Assembly: GCF_009914755.1 (NCBI RefSeq)
Contig: NC_060939.1
DNA from: the human T2T-CHM13v2.0 reference genome, Homo sapiens
Direction: 5' to 3' (one strand)
DNA: 64,000 bases
The notes under the pieces were generated by a model. That model searched no databases. It had not been told where the DNA came from and saw nothing but the letters and a program-made list of their open reading frames with translations. Position 1 is the stretch's first letter. Each line of letters starts with the position of its first letter. Shown one piece after another: positions 15,301-30,963 of the stretch. Position numbers and translations under genes: made by a program.

Positions 15301-18300
15301 TTTCTGCTGCTTCTGTACTTTACGTCTTAGCAAGAATACAATTTCTGAGTTTTAAAATTCTCTACTTTTACAATAATCATTTTCAAGTATTGTTTTGAGA
15401 GAAAAAAAATGGTTCTCTGGAATTTATGGGTCCAAACTAAGCTCTCAACGGGAAGCAGAAGGCCCAGTGAACAGGGCTGAACCAGCAGCTGATGAGTCCA
15501 CTGCACCCATTTTTATTTTTTTCCCAAGCCATCACACCTGATCAAATTACACTCTGGGGACTGAAGATTCTGTTGGTACAATCTTGAGGTTAAAATAACC
15601 AGGATAAGTCTGGATTTGGTAACAGGTTGTACCACACCCAGTCATGAAGGGTTTGGAAAAAAAACTCTCATGCTTTGAGAATCACACAGCTGCTGATGTT
15701 GAAAGTTCCCATCCAAGAGTAACATTCCAGTTGGGCTGGCTTTTCCCAGTACACAGGGATTTTCCAGTACAGTAGCCCTCTTGCTAACAGACTTGCCTGC
15801 TCTCATTCTAGCTGAGAGCAGAATGGGTTGGACAGTCTTCATTTCTCAGTCTTGGTTAGATCATGACCTTAGCCTGTCTATAGGACTTAATAGTTTCTGC
15901 CTGTCTCACGTCATCTTCCTTCTTCTGGTGAGAGGTGAGAACACCTCGGTTTTCTTTACCATGCTCCCGTTTGTTGGCCAACAGGAGAGCACATGAGCTG
16001 AGAAAGACTGATAAGACTTTGCAGGAACCTGGGTTCTGAGCAGAGTGACCTTTGGAGTGGATACAGGAGCTGCTCCAGCCAATTCGGGGATCTTCTCTCC
16101 CAGACCAACTTTTCGGTGTCTCTTCAATTTTGGGAGCTACTCCACATTCTTTCTATATTCTCTTATCTTTTTGGGGCAAGTTCAGATCTGGTTTCTGTGG
16201 CCCAGCAAGGCCCAATTGTGCTCTAGAAGCCAGTGGTGCCACGATCACCTCCTTCCATTTCCACACCACAGCCATGGCTTCAGAGCAGATTGGGAGACTG
16301 GTGGGGACAGCAGTTTGATTGGCAGTGATGCCATCAGCTTATTGGATGGTCTCCTTACCTTCCACTATACACTAGCTCTATCCAATGGAAGAAAGAGGTT
16401 GGCTGTGTTTACTTTTCTAGTGAAGGTATAGGGTCCTCCAAGCCCTTGTGAGCCCACAGTGCCTTGACCTTGCTGCTGAGAGCACCTCTTTCTGCAGAAG
16501 CTCCAGGAAAGGTAGACTCCAGGATTACAATTCTCCTGGGAAGAAGCACAAGGCTGGGATTCTCAAAGTGGTTCACAGCACACAGTGGCACACCAACAGT
16601 GCGTCTGCTGGCAAGAGACCATGGAGGATTCAGACCTGTGGGGCTGTCTGAGCCAGCACTTCCCTACCTGACATGCCCACGGAATCCCCTTTCCCTCTAA
16701 TCTTGGCACAGGCCGTGCTGTGGGAGGCAGTGCTGTGACCGTGGTCACTGTGTACACAGTGCAGAGGCCTGGCCGGCCAACAAGGAGGCTGCAGAGCATG
16801 CAGTCTGCAGCCTGGGAAGCACCTGCCACTACCAGGCTGGATGCCTGGCCTCACCTGAAGAGCACAGTGAGCCCCTGCAGAAAGGGGATGCCACTGCTGG
16901 GCTTGGGAAGAAGGACCCCGCGTGTACACCATTGTTTCTATCAGAACTGGTGTTTGTGACCTTGGCCGACAAGCAGTCCCAGACAGTCCACTTGCAAACT
17001 CTTTCCTTTGACATTTAAGCCACTAAGTCCCTCTCGGAAAATGTCCCAAACAGAACTGGAGAAAGGGCCACTGGTGGCTTCAGATATCTCCATCCTGCTC
17101 CCTCGTGTGCCCGACACCTACTTGTTCTCCTTATTCCTCCAGCATTAAAACCTCTCTTGGAAAAGGACCTGATAAACTCATTCCCACATAAGAAAAAGTT
17201 AAAACAGGTTCAGCCTCTTCCTTCCCAGTGCAATGCCCTTAGCTTACTGATAAATGTTTCATTCTATTCTTTCCTTAATAATCCCCTTAGCATAAACATG
17301 CAGGCACACAGAGCTGGAAGGCCACCTTCCTTGGAAAAGGAGAACCTGCCTGTCTCCCAGCAAATGCCCCATCACCCCGGGGACCTAAGATTAATGTCAT
17401 ACTCCATGGGGAAAACTCAAGCACTTGGAACATTTGTAAAAAGGCAACCCTCAGGTACTCAGGGTGCTCAGCTTTCAAAAGAGCAATACCTTTGAACAGA
17501 GGCCAGGCATGCAGTTCCCCAGCAATGCTCTAGATGGTTAGAAATGACCCAGGTTTCACCATATTAGCTCTGACAGGCAGTCCTGAATGTTTATGAATCC
17601 AGCCTATGTGAGGTCTTTCTAGAAGGTCTCAAATGGTTTCTTAGAAAGGAACAGATGTAAAACGTGATCATAAGGGATGTGCTCAGTTATTTTTAAAACA
17701 TTAATTTTAATTCTGGAGTATTTCCAGAGTACATATATTATCGAGGAAAGACTTACCCTGTCTGTGTGTGAAGGGATCCTGGCCACGACTTTGGTTACGT
17801 TCTTATTTTCACTGTCTCACCAGTGTGTAATGTTTGCTCATTCTTATCCTTATGTTTCTGTTTTGGGGTTTGAGGCAGAGGTGCAGGGGATGAGGAGAAA
17901 AGGAGGATGGCACTTTTTTCAGGGTAGGATTTCACTGACTGGGGTGAGCAAATCTAAGCATTGATCCTCAGGTGTGCCGAGTCTCGGGGCTAGCTTGGGG
18001 CCACCAGGAGGACAGGCGGGTCTGCGTGGTTCCAGAGGGACCCCCAGAGACTGGCCTCCCTGTACAGTTTACAACACCCTTTTTCATCTTGTCCAGTACT
18101 AAGGTAGGTGGGCTCAGGCCGATATTAAGCAATGTCAAATCCTGCAAGAACCTGGGAGTAAGTAGTATAAATATGAAAAAGAAATAACCTAGAAAATGAA
18201 GAGACGACTCACCAAGTTATTGCTGAAATAACATGCAGAGAATACTGTTATTCTCTGCATGTTATGAGTGTACAAGCTACTGCTCAGAGACATAGGGGGT

Positions 18301-19752
18301 CCCGTCCAGGCTCCCTTGCAAGTGAGAAGCACAGAGAACATGGGGAAAGAAAATCCTTGACTCTCAGTTCCAAACCCAACCAGCCTATGGGAGGGTGTCT
18401 CCAATGTGATGCTCGGGATGGCTTTTCTATGAGGCTGCAAAGATGATGGCTGGCCCAGGGAGAAGCAGTAGGGCTTCTTTGTCAGAGTCTTTGGGAATGG
18501 CAGCCATGGTGGGTGCATGACTTGCAGGAAAGCCCCTCCAGGGGAAAGGCAAGGAGGGTGCAGAGAGGCAGCAAGGGGAAGGTGCACTGTGAAAGGGCCT
18601 GCCGAAGGGCAACGGACCACACTGGGCAAATTCTCTGTCTTAGGACAGAGGCGCTGGGAGAAGCCGGCACTGCGTAATGGGAAAGGACAGAGGAAGGGGT
18701 GAGAGAAGCAGCCCAGCATGATAAAGGCAGCCACTAAACAAGGTCCACTGATTCCTGCTTGAGAAGTGACAATTAGGACCTTTCTAGCACAGGCTCCTGA
18801 CTGTCCCCACTGCCCCAAGTCCCGAGATATCGTGAGCTCTGGGCTGGTGTGTCAGCCTCTGCACTCACGGGAGCCTGCGGGAGGCCTCTCCTTAGCTCGA
18901 GAGCCTGCAACCGTAAGTGCGCACTTTTTTGTGAGTTCATTTTTTAATAGCTTTGAGACATAACTCATATACCACAATGCAACCATCTGAAGCGCACAAT
19001 TCAATGGTTTTCACTACAATCTAGGATCTTTTTATTACAACAAAAGAAATCCTGTAACCCTTTAGTTATCAACCCTCACTTCCATCCCTCTCCCTCCTCA
19101 TTAGCACTAGGCACCCACCCATCTACCTTCCATCTCTACCGATTTTGTCTCATCTAGACATTGCATCTCGATGGAATTTCACATGTGACCTTTTGTGTCT
19201 GGCTTTTTCCACCTAGCATGTTTTCAGGGTTTCTCTGTGCCAGAACTTCATTCCTTTTTATGGCTGAATAATATTGCGCTGCCTGAATCTACTGCATTTT
19301 GTCTATTCTTCAGTGAATGAACATGTGCCATGTTTCTACCTGTTAGCCATTATAATACTATGAACATTTGTGTACAAGCTCTTGTGTGGACATGTTTTCA
19401 TCATTCTTGGGTATATACATAGTACTGGAATTGCTGATTTGAATAATAACTCAAGCAGAACTTTTTGAGGAACTACCAGATTTTTTTTAAAAAGCGGTTG
19501 TGTCATTTAGTATTCCCATCCCAGAGTATGAAAGTCCTGACTTCTCGACATCCTCATCAACATTTGTTATCATCTGTCTTTTCGATCACAGCCACACTAG
19601 TGAGTGTGATCATATGGTTTGATTGGCATTTCCCTGCTAAGGATGCTGAATATACCTTCTTTAGAGGAATGTCTGTTCAGATCTTTTGTTCAGTTTTCAA
19701 TTAGGTTCTGTGTCATCTTATTATTGAGCTGTAGTAGCTCTTTAGGTATTCC

Positions 19753-20056
19753 TTTTTTTTTTTTTTTCTTCTTTTTGAGACAGAGTCTCACTCTGTAGCC
19801 CAAGCTGGAGTGCAGTGGCGCAATTTCGGCTCACTGCAACCTTCGCCTCTGGGGCTCAAGCCATTCTCATGCCTGTCCCCTGAGTAGCTGAGACTACAGA
19901 CATGCACCACCACACCCAAGTAATTTTTTGTATTTTAGTAGAGATGGGGTTTCACCATGTTGCCCAGGTTGGTCTTGAACTCCTGAGCTCAGGAGATCCG
20001 TCTGCCTCGGCCTCCCAAAGTGCTGGGATTACAGGCATAAGCCACCATGCTTGGCC
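19753..20056 (-). mobile_element. Alu (J/old S)
   Basis: Full dimer; degenerate TSD taggtattcct/tagatgttctt. Confidence 0.9.
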
Positions 20057-20133
20057 TAGATGTTCTTCATATAAGTTCCTTATCAGATATATAATTTGAA
20101 AATATTTTTCCCATTCTTTGATTGTCCTTTATC

Positions 20134-20409
20134 TTTTTTTGAGACAAGGTCTCACTCTGTCACCCAGGCTGGAGTGCAGTGGTGCAATCTCAATCTAGAT
20201 TCACTGCAGCCTCGACCTCCCATTTCAGCCTGCCCCCCACCACCCAAGTAGCTGGGACTACAGACACACACTACCATACCAGGCTAATTTTGTATTTTTT
20301 TTTTGTAGAGAAAGGGTTTCACCATGTTGCCCAGGCTGGTCTTGAACTCCTGGACTCAAGCAATCCTCTAAAGTGCTGGGAGTACAGGTGTGAGCCAATG
20401 CGCCCCACC
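20134..20409 (-). mobile_element. AluJ
   Basis: gagacaaggtctcactctgtcacccagg...cactgcagcctcgacctcc; small internal deletions. Confidence 0.85.
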
Positions 20410-23400
20410 TCCAACTGCATTCTCTTGCATGTGGATAGCTAGTTGTCACAGCACCATTTGTTTGAAAAGACTATTCTTTCTCCACTGATTGCTGTTGGCA
20501 CCCTGGTGGAAAAGCAGTTGACAGTAACTGTGAAGATTTATTTCTGGACTGTCAGTTATACGCCATTGTTCTTTATGTCTATCCTTATGCCAGGGCCACA
20601 CTGTCTGGATCACTATAGTTTACAGTAAGCTTTGAAATTGGGAAGCATGAGGACTCCAACTTTGTTATTCTTTTCTAAGATTGTTTTGATGATTTGAGGC
20701 CCTTTGCAATTCCATATGAATTTTAGCGACATGTCCCCATTTGTGGAAGAAAGATGGCTTAAATTTTGATAGAGATTGCACTAAATCTATAGATCAATTT
20801 GTAGAGTATTGTTATCTTAACAAGTCTTCTCATTCATGAAAATGAATGTCTATTTGAGATATTTTTGTAGTTTTCAGAATATGTTTTAAAATTCTTTTAT
20901 TAAATTTATTCCAAAGTATTTTATTCTTTTTGATGTTATTATAGGTGGATTTTTTTCTTAATTTCACTTAATTGATACTATACAGAAATACAATTGATTT
21001 TTCCTTATTGATCTTACATCTGTAAACATCCAGACCTTGTTTATTAGTTCTAATAGTTTTTAGAGATTCCTTAGTATTATCTGTATACAAGATCATGTCA
21101 TTTGTAAATACAGACAGTTTTACTTCTTCTATTCAAACATGGATGCATTTTATTTCATTTACTTGGGTAAATGCCTAGGCTGGAATCTTTAATAAAATGT
21201 TGGATAGAAATAGTAAGAGCAGATACTGTGTCTTGCTCCTGATCTTTGGAGAAAAGCATTCCGTCTTTCACTTTAAGTATGGTGTTGGCTGTGGGTTCTT
21301 GGCAGATGCTCTTTATTCGGTTTCAGTAGCCTGCTTATGTGTAGGACTTTGTCCACTTTCTGTAAGTTATCTAACTTAGGGCATACGGCTGTTCATAGTG
21401 TTCATTCCCAATCCTTTTTATTTCTGTAAGGTCAGTAGTCACATTCCTGCTTTCGTTCTTTAATTTAGTAATTTACGTCTTCTTTTATTCTTGGCCAATC
21501 TAGCTAAAGACTTGTCCATGTTGTTGATTTCTTCCTATAGTTAACTTTTGGTTTATTATTCTGCTGTACTATTTTCTACCCTTTATTTCATTTATTTCTG
21601 CATGAATGTTACTATTTCTTTCATTCTGCTTGCTTTAGGTTCTGTTGCTCCTCTTTCCAGTATCATTACATGGAAGGTTAGTTTACTGATTTGAAATCTT
21701 TCTTCTTTTTCAGTATAAGTGTTTACAGCCATAAATTTCCCCTTAAGGCCTGCTTTAGCCACATTCCCTAAGTTCTGTTATATTGTGCCTTCACCTCGAT
21801 TCATCTCAAAATATGATTTAGTTTCCCTTGTGATTTCTATTTGACCCACTGGTTGTTTAGGAAGGGTACTGTTTAATTTCCATGTACTTATGAGTTTCTT
21901 AAACTTCTTTCTCTTACTGATTTCTAATGTCATTCCACGGTGGCCAGAAAACATACCTAGTATTATTTCTATTGTTTTGTGCTTGTTAGATTTATTTACT
22001 GGCCTAGTGTATGATCTATTCTGAATAGTGTTCCATGTGCAAATTCTGCTGTTGTTAGGTGGAGTGTTTTATAGATATCTATTGGGTTTGGTTGGTTTAT
22101 ACTGTTAAGTCTTCTATTTCCTTGTTGATACACCTTGTTTTTAAAATCCACTACTGAAAGTGAGGTATTGAAGTCTCCAGTTATTACTGTTAGGTATTTA
22201 TTCCTTCATTTCTGTCAGTTTTGCTCCATGTATTTTAGGGTCTCATATGTTTATAATTGTTGTATCTTCCTGATGGATTGCCCTTTTATCATCATAAAAT
22301 GTCTGTATTCTAGTAGTTTTTTTAAAAAAATCTTTTTGTCTGGTATTAGTATAGCACTCCTGCTTTCTGTCTGCATGATATAACTTTTTCCATCTTTTTA
22401 CTTTCAATGTATTTGTATATAAGTATACACTCAGAAGGAGAAAAGAATCATTCTTATCTGTGGACTGTTCATTGCTGTAAGAGTCAGCCAGCAGAGGAGT
22501 CCGCCAAGAATGACCTTCATTAGACCCCAAGGGGAAAGGGCCGTTTTGAGACGCAGCCACCAACATATCCAAGCTCATTTCTGAAACCCTCAGCAATTCC
22601 ACAAGCTAGGAACCCTTCCACTGTTGCCCTTACTGCACAGCCATTTCTTCTGTGGGCTGATGTTTCTTCCAGAACCTGGAGAATACACAGCTTCCCTTCA
22701 TTTCTGAGAGATCGCTTTGTAATCTTTTTTGGGGCAGCGGCTGTTGTTGTTCTTTCAGTATTCCTCAGACTAAATCTCACCTTTTCCCTTTACTTGTCCT
22801 TTCTTGTAACTGTGACATAAAAAGTCAAATGGAAACATCAAGTGCTTGATGGTTTTCATATTTTATTACTCAGAAAAATCAGGAAGAGAGAAGGATCTCT
22901 TTTGATGGGTTGCAGAGCCTACATGCAAAGCATTTCCCAACAGGAGAAATCCTGTCACCTGTGAACCTGGTACCAGGGCATTCTCTCATCCTCTGTAATG
23001 ATCAAACGAAGGGATGGTCAAATGACCAAAAAAAAAAAAAAAACCTCTGAAAATGCTTTCTTGTCCTCCATCTTGAATGTTTCTTAATTTAGATAAATAA
23101 GGTAAGGCTTTAAAACTTAACATTTAATTTAAAGACAGGTGACATCCTGAAATTTGTGTCAGAAAAAGTTCCAGCATCTTGGCAATCTAAATTTCTCCTC
23201 CCCACTCACATACCATCAACAAGGCATGTAATACACCACAGGTATTAGTCACAATTAGATTTACCTATTTTATTTTAGAAAAAGACAGGAAAGAAAATGT
23301 TTATGTTTCAGACTAGCAAGAAATTGATTAAAAAACCATATCTTTTCAGATTGTGGCAATAGCTAAAGATCCACGTATTCCAGGCTTCATTCTTAAGTCA

Positions 23401-24683
23401 TGGTCTCTCTCTCTGTCTCTCATACATGCACGCGTGCACACACACAAAATATGCTTTAATAAAAAGGGATTCCATTCCATTTTAACCCCAAATAAGGCCA
23501 GCCTGATTAAGATAATTGAGGAAGGAGAACACATTTAAAAACCAAATACGCTTCCTTGCAAATGACTATTCAATTCAATTGCCAGTAAGATGTTGAATGT
23601 TCTTTTCTGAATCACTCTAATTCAATGTACAGTACAGCATGTACTGCCTGGGAAGAAGTTCAAATCATAAATACCATAGGGAAATATCTAATAACTTGGA
23701 ATGGCCTTTTTCAAGTGGCTAATAAGCTCTTAAAGACTGCAAAAATGTTAAATCTGGTAAAGCACAAGGTCTGTGCTCCGGGACGTGTCCACTTCATTGG
23801 CAGCCCCTGCCTCCTTGCTCCAGGACCACCTGAGGCTGGGTCTCAAGGGTCTCGTCACACAGTACTGCTCTTTGGATGCTGAATGATGGGGAGGCCTCTT
23901 CCCTGCAGACTGTGGTTAGCAAGGTGAAGGCTGCTGGCCATGGCCATAACAGCTGGGCTGATCTGTGATTTCTGCCATGCCTGCCAATGTCAGGGTCAGG
24001 TTTGTCAATGTTTTTGTGTTGGTGTGTGAGATGCTGGGGAGACGCCATCTGCCATGCGTGTCAGACTCCAGATTCCATATGGTTACAGCAGGGTTTGGGA
24101 GAAGTATCCACAGAGCTAGGATTAGAATAAAGTGGTGCTAATGGTGTGCAGTTGGGAAGGCAAAGGAAACTGTCAGGAACTCAATGGAAAAAGGGTTGAA
24201 GAAAATTAAAGGGAGATCAGGAGAAATAAAGGAAAGTATAAAGGAAAAAGACAAACATCTCTGCCACTTTAAAGGTCAAAGAGTAACAATAACATAGAAA
24301 GGCTCTTTCACCTTGCCAGGTTCAACAGTGGGTTGCATTCTGGCTTCTTTAATAAAGTTCACACCATGGGATTCTTGGGCGCTTCTTCCAGGTTCCAGGC
24401 TCTGTCCTCCACTCATGCCACCCCATCTGAAACAGCCATTTGTAATCCAGACCCTCCACATCTCCACCTTACCCTGTTGCCCAGGTGCAGTTTTTACTTG
24501 TGTGTCCAATCTCCCCGATTTTCTGGCACTCATTTCCTAAGGTCAGGTTTTCTACTTTTCTTCACTTACTAGCATGAATCCATGTAACCATAGGTTCTTA
24601 TGAAAGACTCATGACAACTAGATCGTGCCATGCAATAATTCAAATTTTGTTGTCCAAATATTTGTGTGTGTATAATAGCTGTA

Positions 24684-25273
24684 CAGAAGTCCTCCCTTAT
24701 CTGTGGCAGATATGTTCTAAGACCCCCAGTGGATGCTTGAAAATAAGGCTAGTACTGAACCCTGTATATACTATGCACAGATTTCTTTCTTCTTTTTCTT
24801 CACAATTTCATGGGTAGAAGATTCATTTACTGTAGATCTGAGCAACCTCAGCATACATTTGTTTTTCTTTCCTTATTAAGTTGAAGACGTTTACCTTTTC
24901 ACTTACAGGATGCATTTTATAGCTTCTTTTTAGTACATCTGAGTTGCCATCATCACCACTCTTGTGCTTTGAGACCAATATTAAGTAAAACGCAAGAACT
25001 ACGACACCCTACAGTTGATCTAACTGAGATGGCTACTGAGTGACAACCAGCAGGGAGCAGAGACACTGTGGATCCCCTGGACAAGGGGATGATTCACGTC
25101 CTGGGCAGGACAGAGCGGGATGGTGTGAGATTTCATGACACTACTCAGAACAGCAAGCAACTTAAAACTGATGAACTGTTTCAGAAATTTTCCTTTTAAT
25201 ATTTTTGGGCAATGGTTGACCACGGGTAACTGAAACCACAGAAAGTGAAACTGCAAATAAGTGGGAACTACTG
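24684..25273. mobile_element. MER44 (Tigger7-derived) Tc1/mariner element
   Basis: TIRs cagaagtcctcccttatc / ataagtgggaactactg flanked by TA on both sides. Confidence 0.8.
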
Positions 25274-25275
25274 TA

Positions 25276-25360
25276 CATAATACATATATATATGTATATG
25301 GTGCATGTAGATACATTTACATGTGTGTATGTATATATGTATGTGTATGTATGTACGCAC
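25276..25360. repeat. (TA)n/(TATG)n low-complexity microsatellite
   Basis: catatatatatgtatatgg...gtatgtatatatgtatgtgtatgtatg. Confidence 0.8.
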
Positions 25361-25908
25361 GGATCTATCTTGTTAGGAATTGCAAGAGCTTCAAAATCTA
25401 TTATCAGATCATACATTTCTTTAGCCAAACAATAAATCCTCTTTGATGAGTCATGGCACTCGCATATCCAGTTTAAGAAAAAGTACAAGGTCAGATGGTT
25501 CAGAATAAACAAATCAACAAATGAGCAAACAAAACCAGCCTGGGGCAGGGAGCCAGGCACTTGCTGTCTACAGTCTCTAAGGCAGATCTTAGGTGCTATT
25601 TTCTCCTGTTTTTCAATTTCATTTTCTTCTCTGCTCTAAGTAATTCCACTCATTCTTTAAGTCTGATTCACATGATTTTACAGTCAGGAAGGGAGTGTAA
25701 GGAAGTGGGAAAGAGAAGTGGTGGGGAGGCAGAAATCGAATATTTATCAAGTTACACAATAAAAAGAAATTCAGAATTCTAACACGTCCTCCTTTGTATA
25801 ATAAGAAAATACATTCCCTGAGCTAATACCTGCAGAGCTCTGGCTCATGCTGAGAGCGTGCTGCCAATATCTCAGTGGGCAAAACGGGAGTAAGCAATAA
25901 TCCAAAAC

Positions 25909-26112
25909 ACAGGCCAGCAAACTCTTACGTGTGGGCTATGTCTGGCCTGCGGGGTTATTTTTGGACAACCCAAGGGCGAATAACAAATTTTACATGTTTT
26001 AAAGGATTATGACTCAAAATACAGAAAAAAATATGCCAGAGACCACATGTGGCCTGCGAAGGCAAAAATATTTATTCTCTAGACCCATACAGATGAAGTT
26101 TGCTGACCCCTG
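25909..26112. mobile_element. MER58-family hAT element
   Basis: cagcaaact...gtgggct..tctggcc; agagaccacatgtggcctgcgaaggcaaaaatattta; gtttgctgacccctg. Confidence 0.65.
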
Positions 26113-27055
26113 TTCTACGGAGATACTAAGAACTTGCTTCTGAAATTGCTTTTAGTCTGAAGTGTATTTGGCTTGAACTTGGCTCAAACGTGGCAACACG
26201 GCAGGACTGTGGTCCATCAAGCCAGAATGACTCTGAACTTTCTGTAGCAATACACACACTTGATGTTATCTATCGTAGGCTTAGCACAGCTCTGTGGCAC
26301 TCATTTATAGAGTCTGCACTCATGTTTGTTTATGTCACTTTGTTTTGTAGGTGTTTTCCTACATGATCTTCTGGTTTCAGTTTTGCAGTGCAGCATGGTT
26401 CTCTCTTAGAAGATACATGGGAGGCAAAATCACGAACTTGATATACTTGCCCACTTGTTGCAATGATCAGAGGGCTCTGTTATGGCACTTTGAATTAATC
26501 TGGAATCTAGTTGAAACATGAAGATGTGATCTGATTACCTCTCATCTGTCTTTCACAAACCTGGGAAATTTTTGATCACTGTTTCTTAAATGATTATTTT
26601 CTGCTCCATTTTCTCTCTCCTCTCCTTCTGTGACTCCAATTACCCTTATGCTAGAATGCTTGATACTATCCCACAGGTAACTGAGTCTTGCTCATTGTCA
26701 ACAATTTTTTCCTTCCCATTTTCTAGACTGAATAATGTCTAATCCTCTATCTTCAAGTTCAGTAATCTTTCATCATCTTACTCTGTTGTTAGACCCATGG
26801 AGTGAATTTTTAAAATTTCAGATATTGTATTTATTTTTTAGTCCTAAAACTGTGTTTTTGTAGAGTATCTCTTTGTTGCTTCGAAGATCTCCTATATGTT
26901 CCATGACCATGAGCATAGCTTTTCTTACGTTTCTGAGCATAGTTACAATAGCTGCTTTAACGTTCTTTTCTTCTAATTCCAACATACATGTCATCTTCCA
27001 GTCAGTCTCCATTAATGGCCTTCTCTTTTGAGTATGGATCTGTTTCCCTATATGA

Positions 27056-27738
<683 letters not shown>

Positions 27739-28223
27739 TCTAGAGTTTCATGTTAGAAGAATATTGAATTTTTGTTTTCGTAGGCAGCTAATTTGGCTGG
27801 AATAAAACTCCAGGCACTGTCTCTCTTGTGGTGGGCAGCAGCTACAGTCTCAGTTCGGGTCTTCTAGCTTTAGCTGTGCTATGTGGAGTCTGGCCGGCCT
27901 GTCTTATTCTTAGATTTGGCCCTAGTCTCTAAGAATTCCCAGAGATTCTTGAGATATATGCAGAATTTGGGAGTCACTCTCTGTGGCTCCCTCCTTTCTG
28001 GAGTTTTTCCTTCTCAGTTTCCAGCTGCTATGGGTTTCCCTGAATATTCTCCTCTGATGGCTTAACCAGTAAAAGATGGCGGGTAACTATCAGAGTTTTA
28101 GCTAGTCTCAATGCAACTAGGGCCTTCCTTTGGTTGAAGAGCTGTCAACATGGGTAATTCAATTCCATGCCATTCTATTCCTCCATTTCTCTATTTCTCT
28201 TCAGTTTCTAACTGCTTTCTAGA

Positions 28224-28527
<304 letters not shown>

Positions 28528-28863
28528 TGCTTTCTAGCTTTTAAACAATTGCTTTTTATACTGTCTCCAGAGTTCTTAATTGTTATCTGTAGGAGGGCTG
28601 GTCCAATATAAGCTACTCTATCGTTACAGGAAGCAGAATCCTTTATTTTAAAATCTTATCCCTGGAGTTCCACAGAGAAGCCAGGGCGTACTGTGAGAGG
28701 TGGAAAAGGCGGAGTAGACTGGCCCACTCTGCCACATCGTGTGTGTGTCTCAATTCAGTGGTAGCAGTTCTCATTTCATCTGTTTCATTTTACTGGTTTC
28801 TGTGCATAATTTTAAAAAGACTTGGGTATAAAATAGCTTGAAAACAGAACTAATTTTAAAACA

Positions 28864-29943
28864 TGTTGTGGGAAGTCAGGAACCCCGAACGGAGGGACCG
28901 GCTGAAGCCATGGCAGAAGAACGTGGATTGTGAAGATTTCATGGACATTTATTAGTTCCCCGAATAAATACTTTTATAATTTCTTATGCCTGTCTTTACT
29001 GTAATCTCTAAACATAAATTGTGAAGATTTCATGGACACTTATCACTTCCCCAATCAATACCCTTGTGATTTCCTAGGCCTGTCTTTACTTTAATCTCTT
29101 AATCCTGTCAATTTGTAAGCTGAGGAGGCTGTATATCGCCTCAGGACCCTGTGATGATTGCGTTAACTGCACAAATTGTTTGTAGAGCATGTGTGTTTGA
29201 ACAATATGAAATCTGGGCACCTTGAAAAAAGAACAGGATAACAGCAACATTCAGGGAACAAGAGAGATAACCTTAAACTCTGACTGCCGGTGAGCCAGGC
29301 AGAACAGAGCCATATTTCTTTTCTTTCTAAAGCAAACGGGAGGAAATATCACTGAATTCTTTTTCTCAGCAAGGAACATCCCTGAGAAAGAGAATGAGCC
29401 CCTGAGGGTAGGCCTCTAAAATGGCCCCCCTGGGTGTGGCCGTCTTCTATGGTTGAGACAGTAGGGATGAAATGAGCCCCAGTCTCCCATAGCGCTCCCA
29501 GGCTTATTAGGATGAGGAAATTCCCGCCTAATAAATTTTGGTCAGACCGGTTGCTCTCAAACCCTGTCTCCTGATAAGATGTTATTGATGACAATGGTGC
29601 CCGAAACTTCATTAGCAATTTTAATTTCGCCCTGGTCCTGTGGTCCTGTGATCTCGCCCTGCCTCCATTTGCCTTGTGATATTCTATTACCTTGTGAAGT
29701 ACGTGATCTCTGTGACCCACACCTATTCGCACACTCCCTCCCCTTTTGAAAATCTCTAATAAAAACTTGCTGGTTTTACGGCTTGGGGGCATCACGGAAC
29801 CTGCTGACATGTGATGTCTCCCCCGGATGCCCAGCTTTAAAATTTCTCTCTTTTGTACTCTGTCCCTTTATTTCTCAAGCCAGCCGACGCTTAGGGAAAA
29901 TAGAAAAGAACCTATGTGACTATTGGGGGCAGGTTCCCCAATA
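28864..29943 (+). mobile_element. MER11 solo LTR (HERV-K11/HML-8)
   Basis: Starts tgttgtgggaagtcagg..ccccgaacggagggaccggctg; internal repeats ttgtgaagatttcatggaca; AATAAA at ~29758; perfect 6-bp TSD AAAACA (28858-63, 29944-49). Confidence 0.93.
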
Positions 29944-30932
29944 AAAACATGCTTCTCGAATGGAGCCCTAAGACCTTTTTGCTCAATCATGCCCTTGAGC
30001 TCATGCTGACCTCTCCTCCTCCATCGTCTCTTACCCTATTTTCTAATCACTTCACCAGGGCCAGGCCATCTTTAGTTTCCAGAGAAGAGGCTGTAGCCTG
30101 TTAGACTGCTGAGTCTTTACAGTGGCAAATCCTCCATTCTGTGGCCCCTGAATATGACCTGATGGACTGATCGATAGGTTCGTGGTACAGCTGCTCATAC
30201 CGAGGTGCTCAAGCAGATTTCCTGCAGTGAGCTCTTCCTCCAGGCCTTCAGCATTAGGGTGGAATTTCATTCTTAATTTGGCAAGGAGCACAGAAAATCA
30301 TCACAGCAAGCCTCACCTTCTTTTTTTCCTTCCTGTCTCCTCTCTTTCTCACTCAAACACATTTTAAGAGTTTGACAAAACAAAGGGGGTCGGTGCAAAA
30401 GCCAAATATGTTGTGAAGCTCTTGTACTAGGCAAGCGGCACAAATTGAGTTAAGAAACCTAGAAAATGGAAATACTAAACATCTAGCCTAGTTAGAAAAG
30501 GTCAATATGCCTCAAATGATACACAGAACCACAAAGCAAAAACCATTCACCCCAATTCAGAGCAGGACGGAAGGCCAAAGGGTGACATGCCACAACGTAA
30601 TGGATTCATTATTAAAGTCCCGCTAAAATGACTCAAAAAGAGGAGGCTTAGCTGATGAACGCATTTCACACAATTCATCTCCTGACAACCCAAGAGAGTC
30701 CACAAGGGTAACACGGCCATGAAAGCTGGGGCTGGGACAGAAGTTCTGATGGATCCCGAAGAATAAACACCAAGATCCACACTCACTGGCATGAATTTCA
30801 GCCACTGAAACAGGTCACCCACAACATTAGCCTGTGTGCACCCTTTCTCCTGGGCACTCAGACTCCAATATTTGTTTCCTTCTCCACCAAGACAAAGTAA
30901 TTTGGGGAAGCCAATGGTTAAAAGTGTGTGGT

Positions 30933-30963
<31 letters not shown>

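Larger units (their letters stand above)
18925..22420 (-). mobile_element. L1MB-like LINE (3'UTR plus degraded ORF2) with two Alu insertions
   Basis: About 3.5 kb of continuous antisense L1M text (ttgagacataactcatataccaca...; gcaccatttgtttgaaaagactattcttt; gaagtctccagttattactgt). Confidence 0.8.

Noticed and set aside
18189-18818. 209-aa - strand ORF
   Set aside because: No domain or ADAMTS similarity; composition typical of a chance ORF in GC-rich intron.
22520-22780. Possible alternative terminal exon (TCTCCAG|GTTCTG acceptor near 22676)
   Set aside because: No ADAMTS homology, phase does not match the preceding phase-2 exon for this ORF, and no other support is visible.
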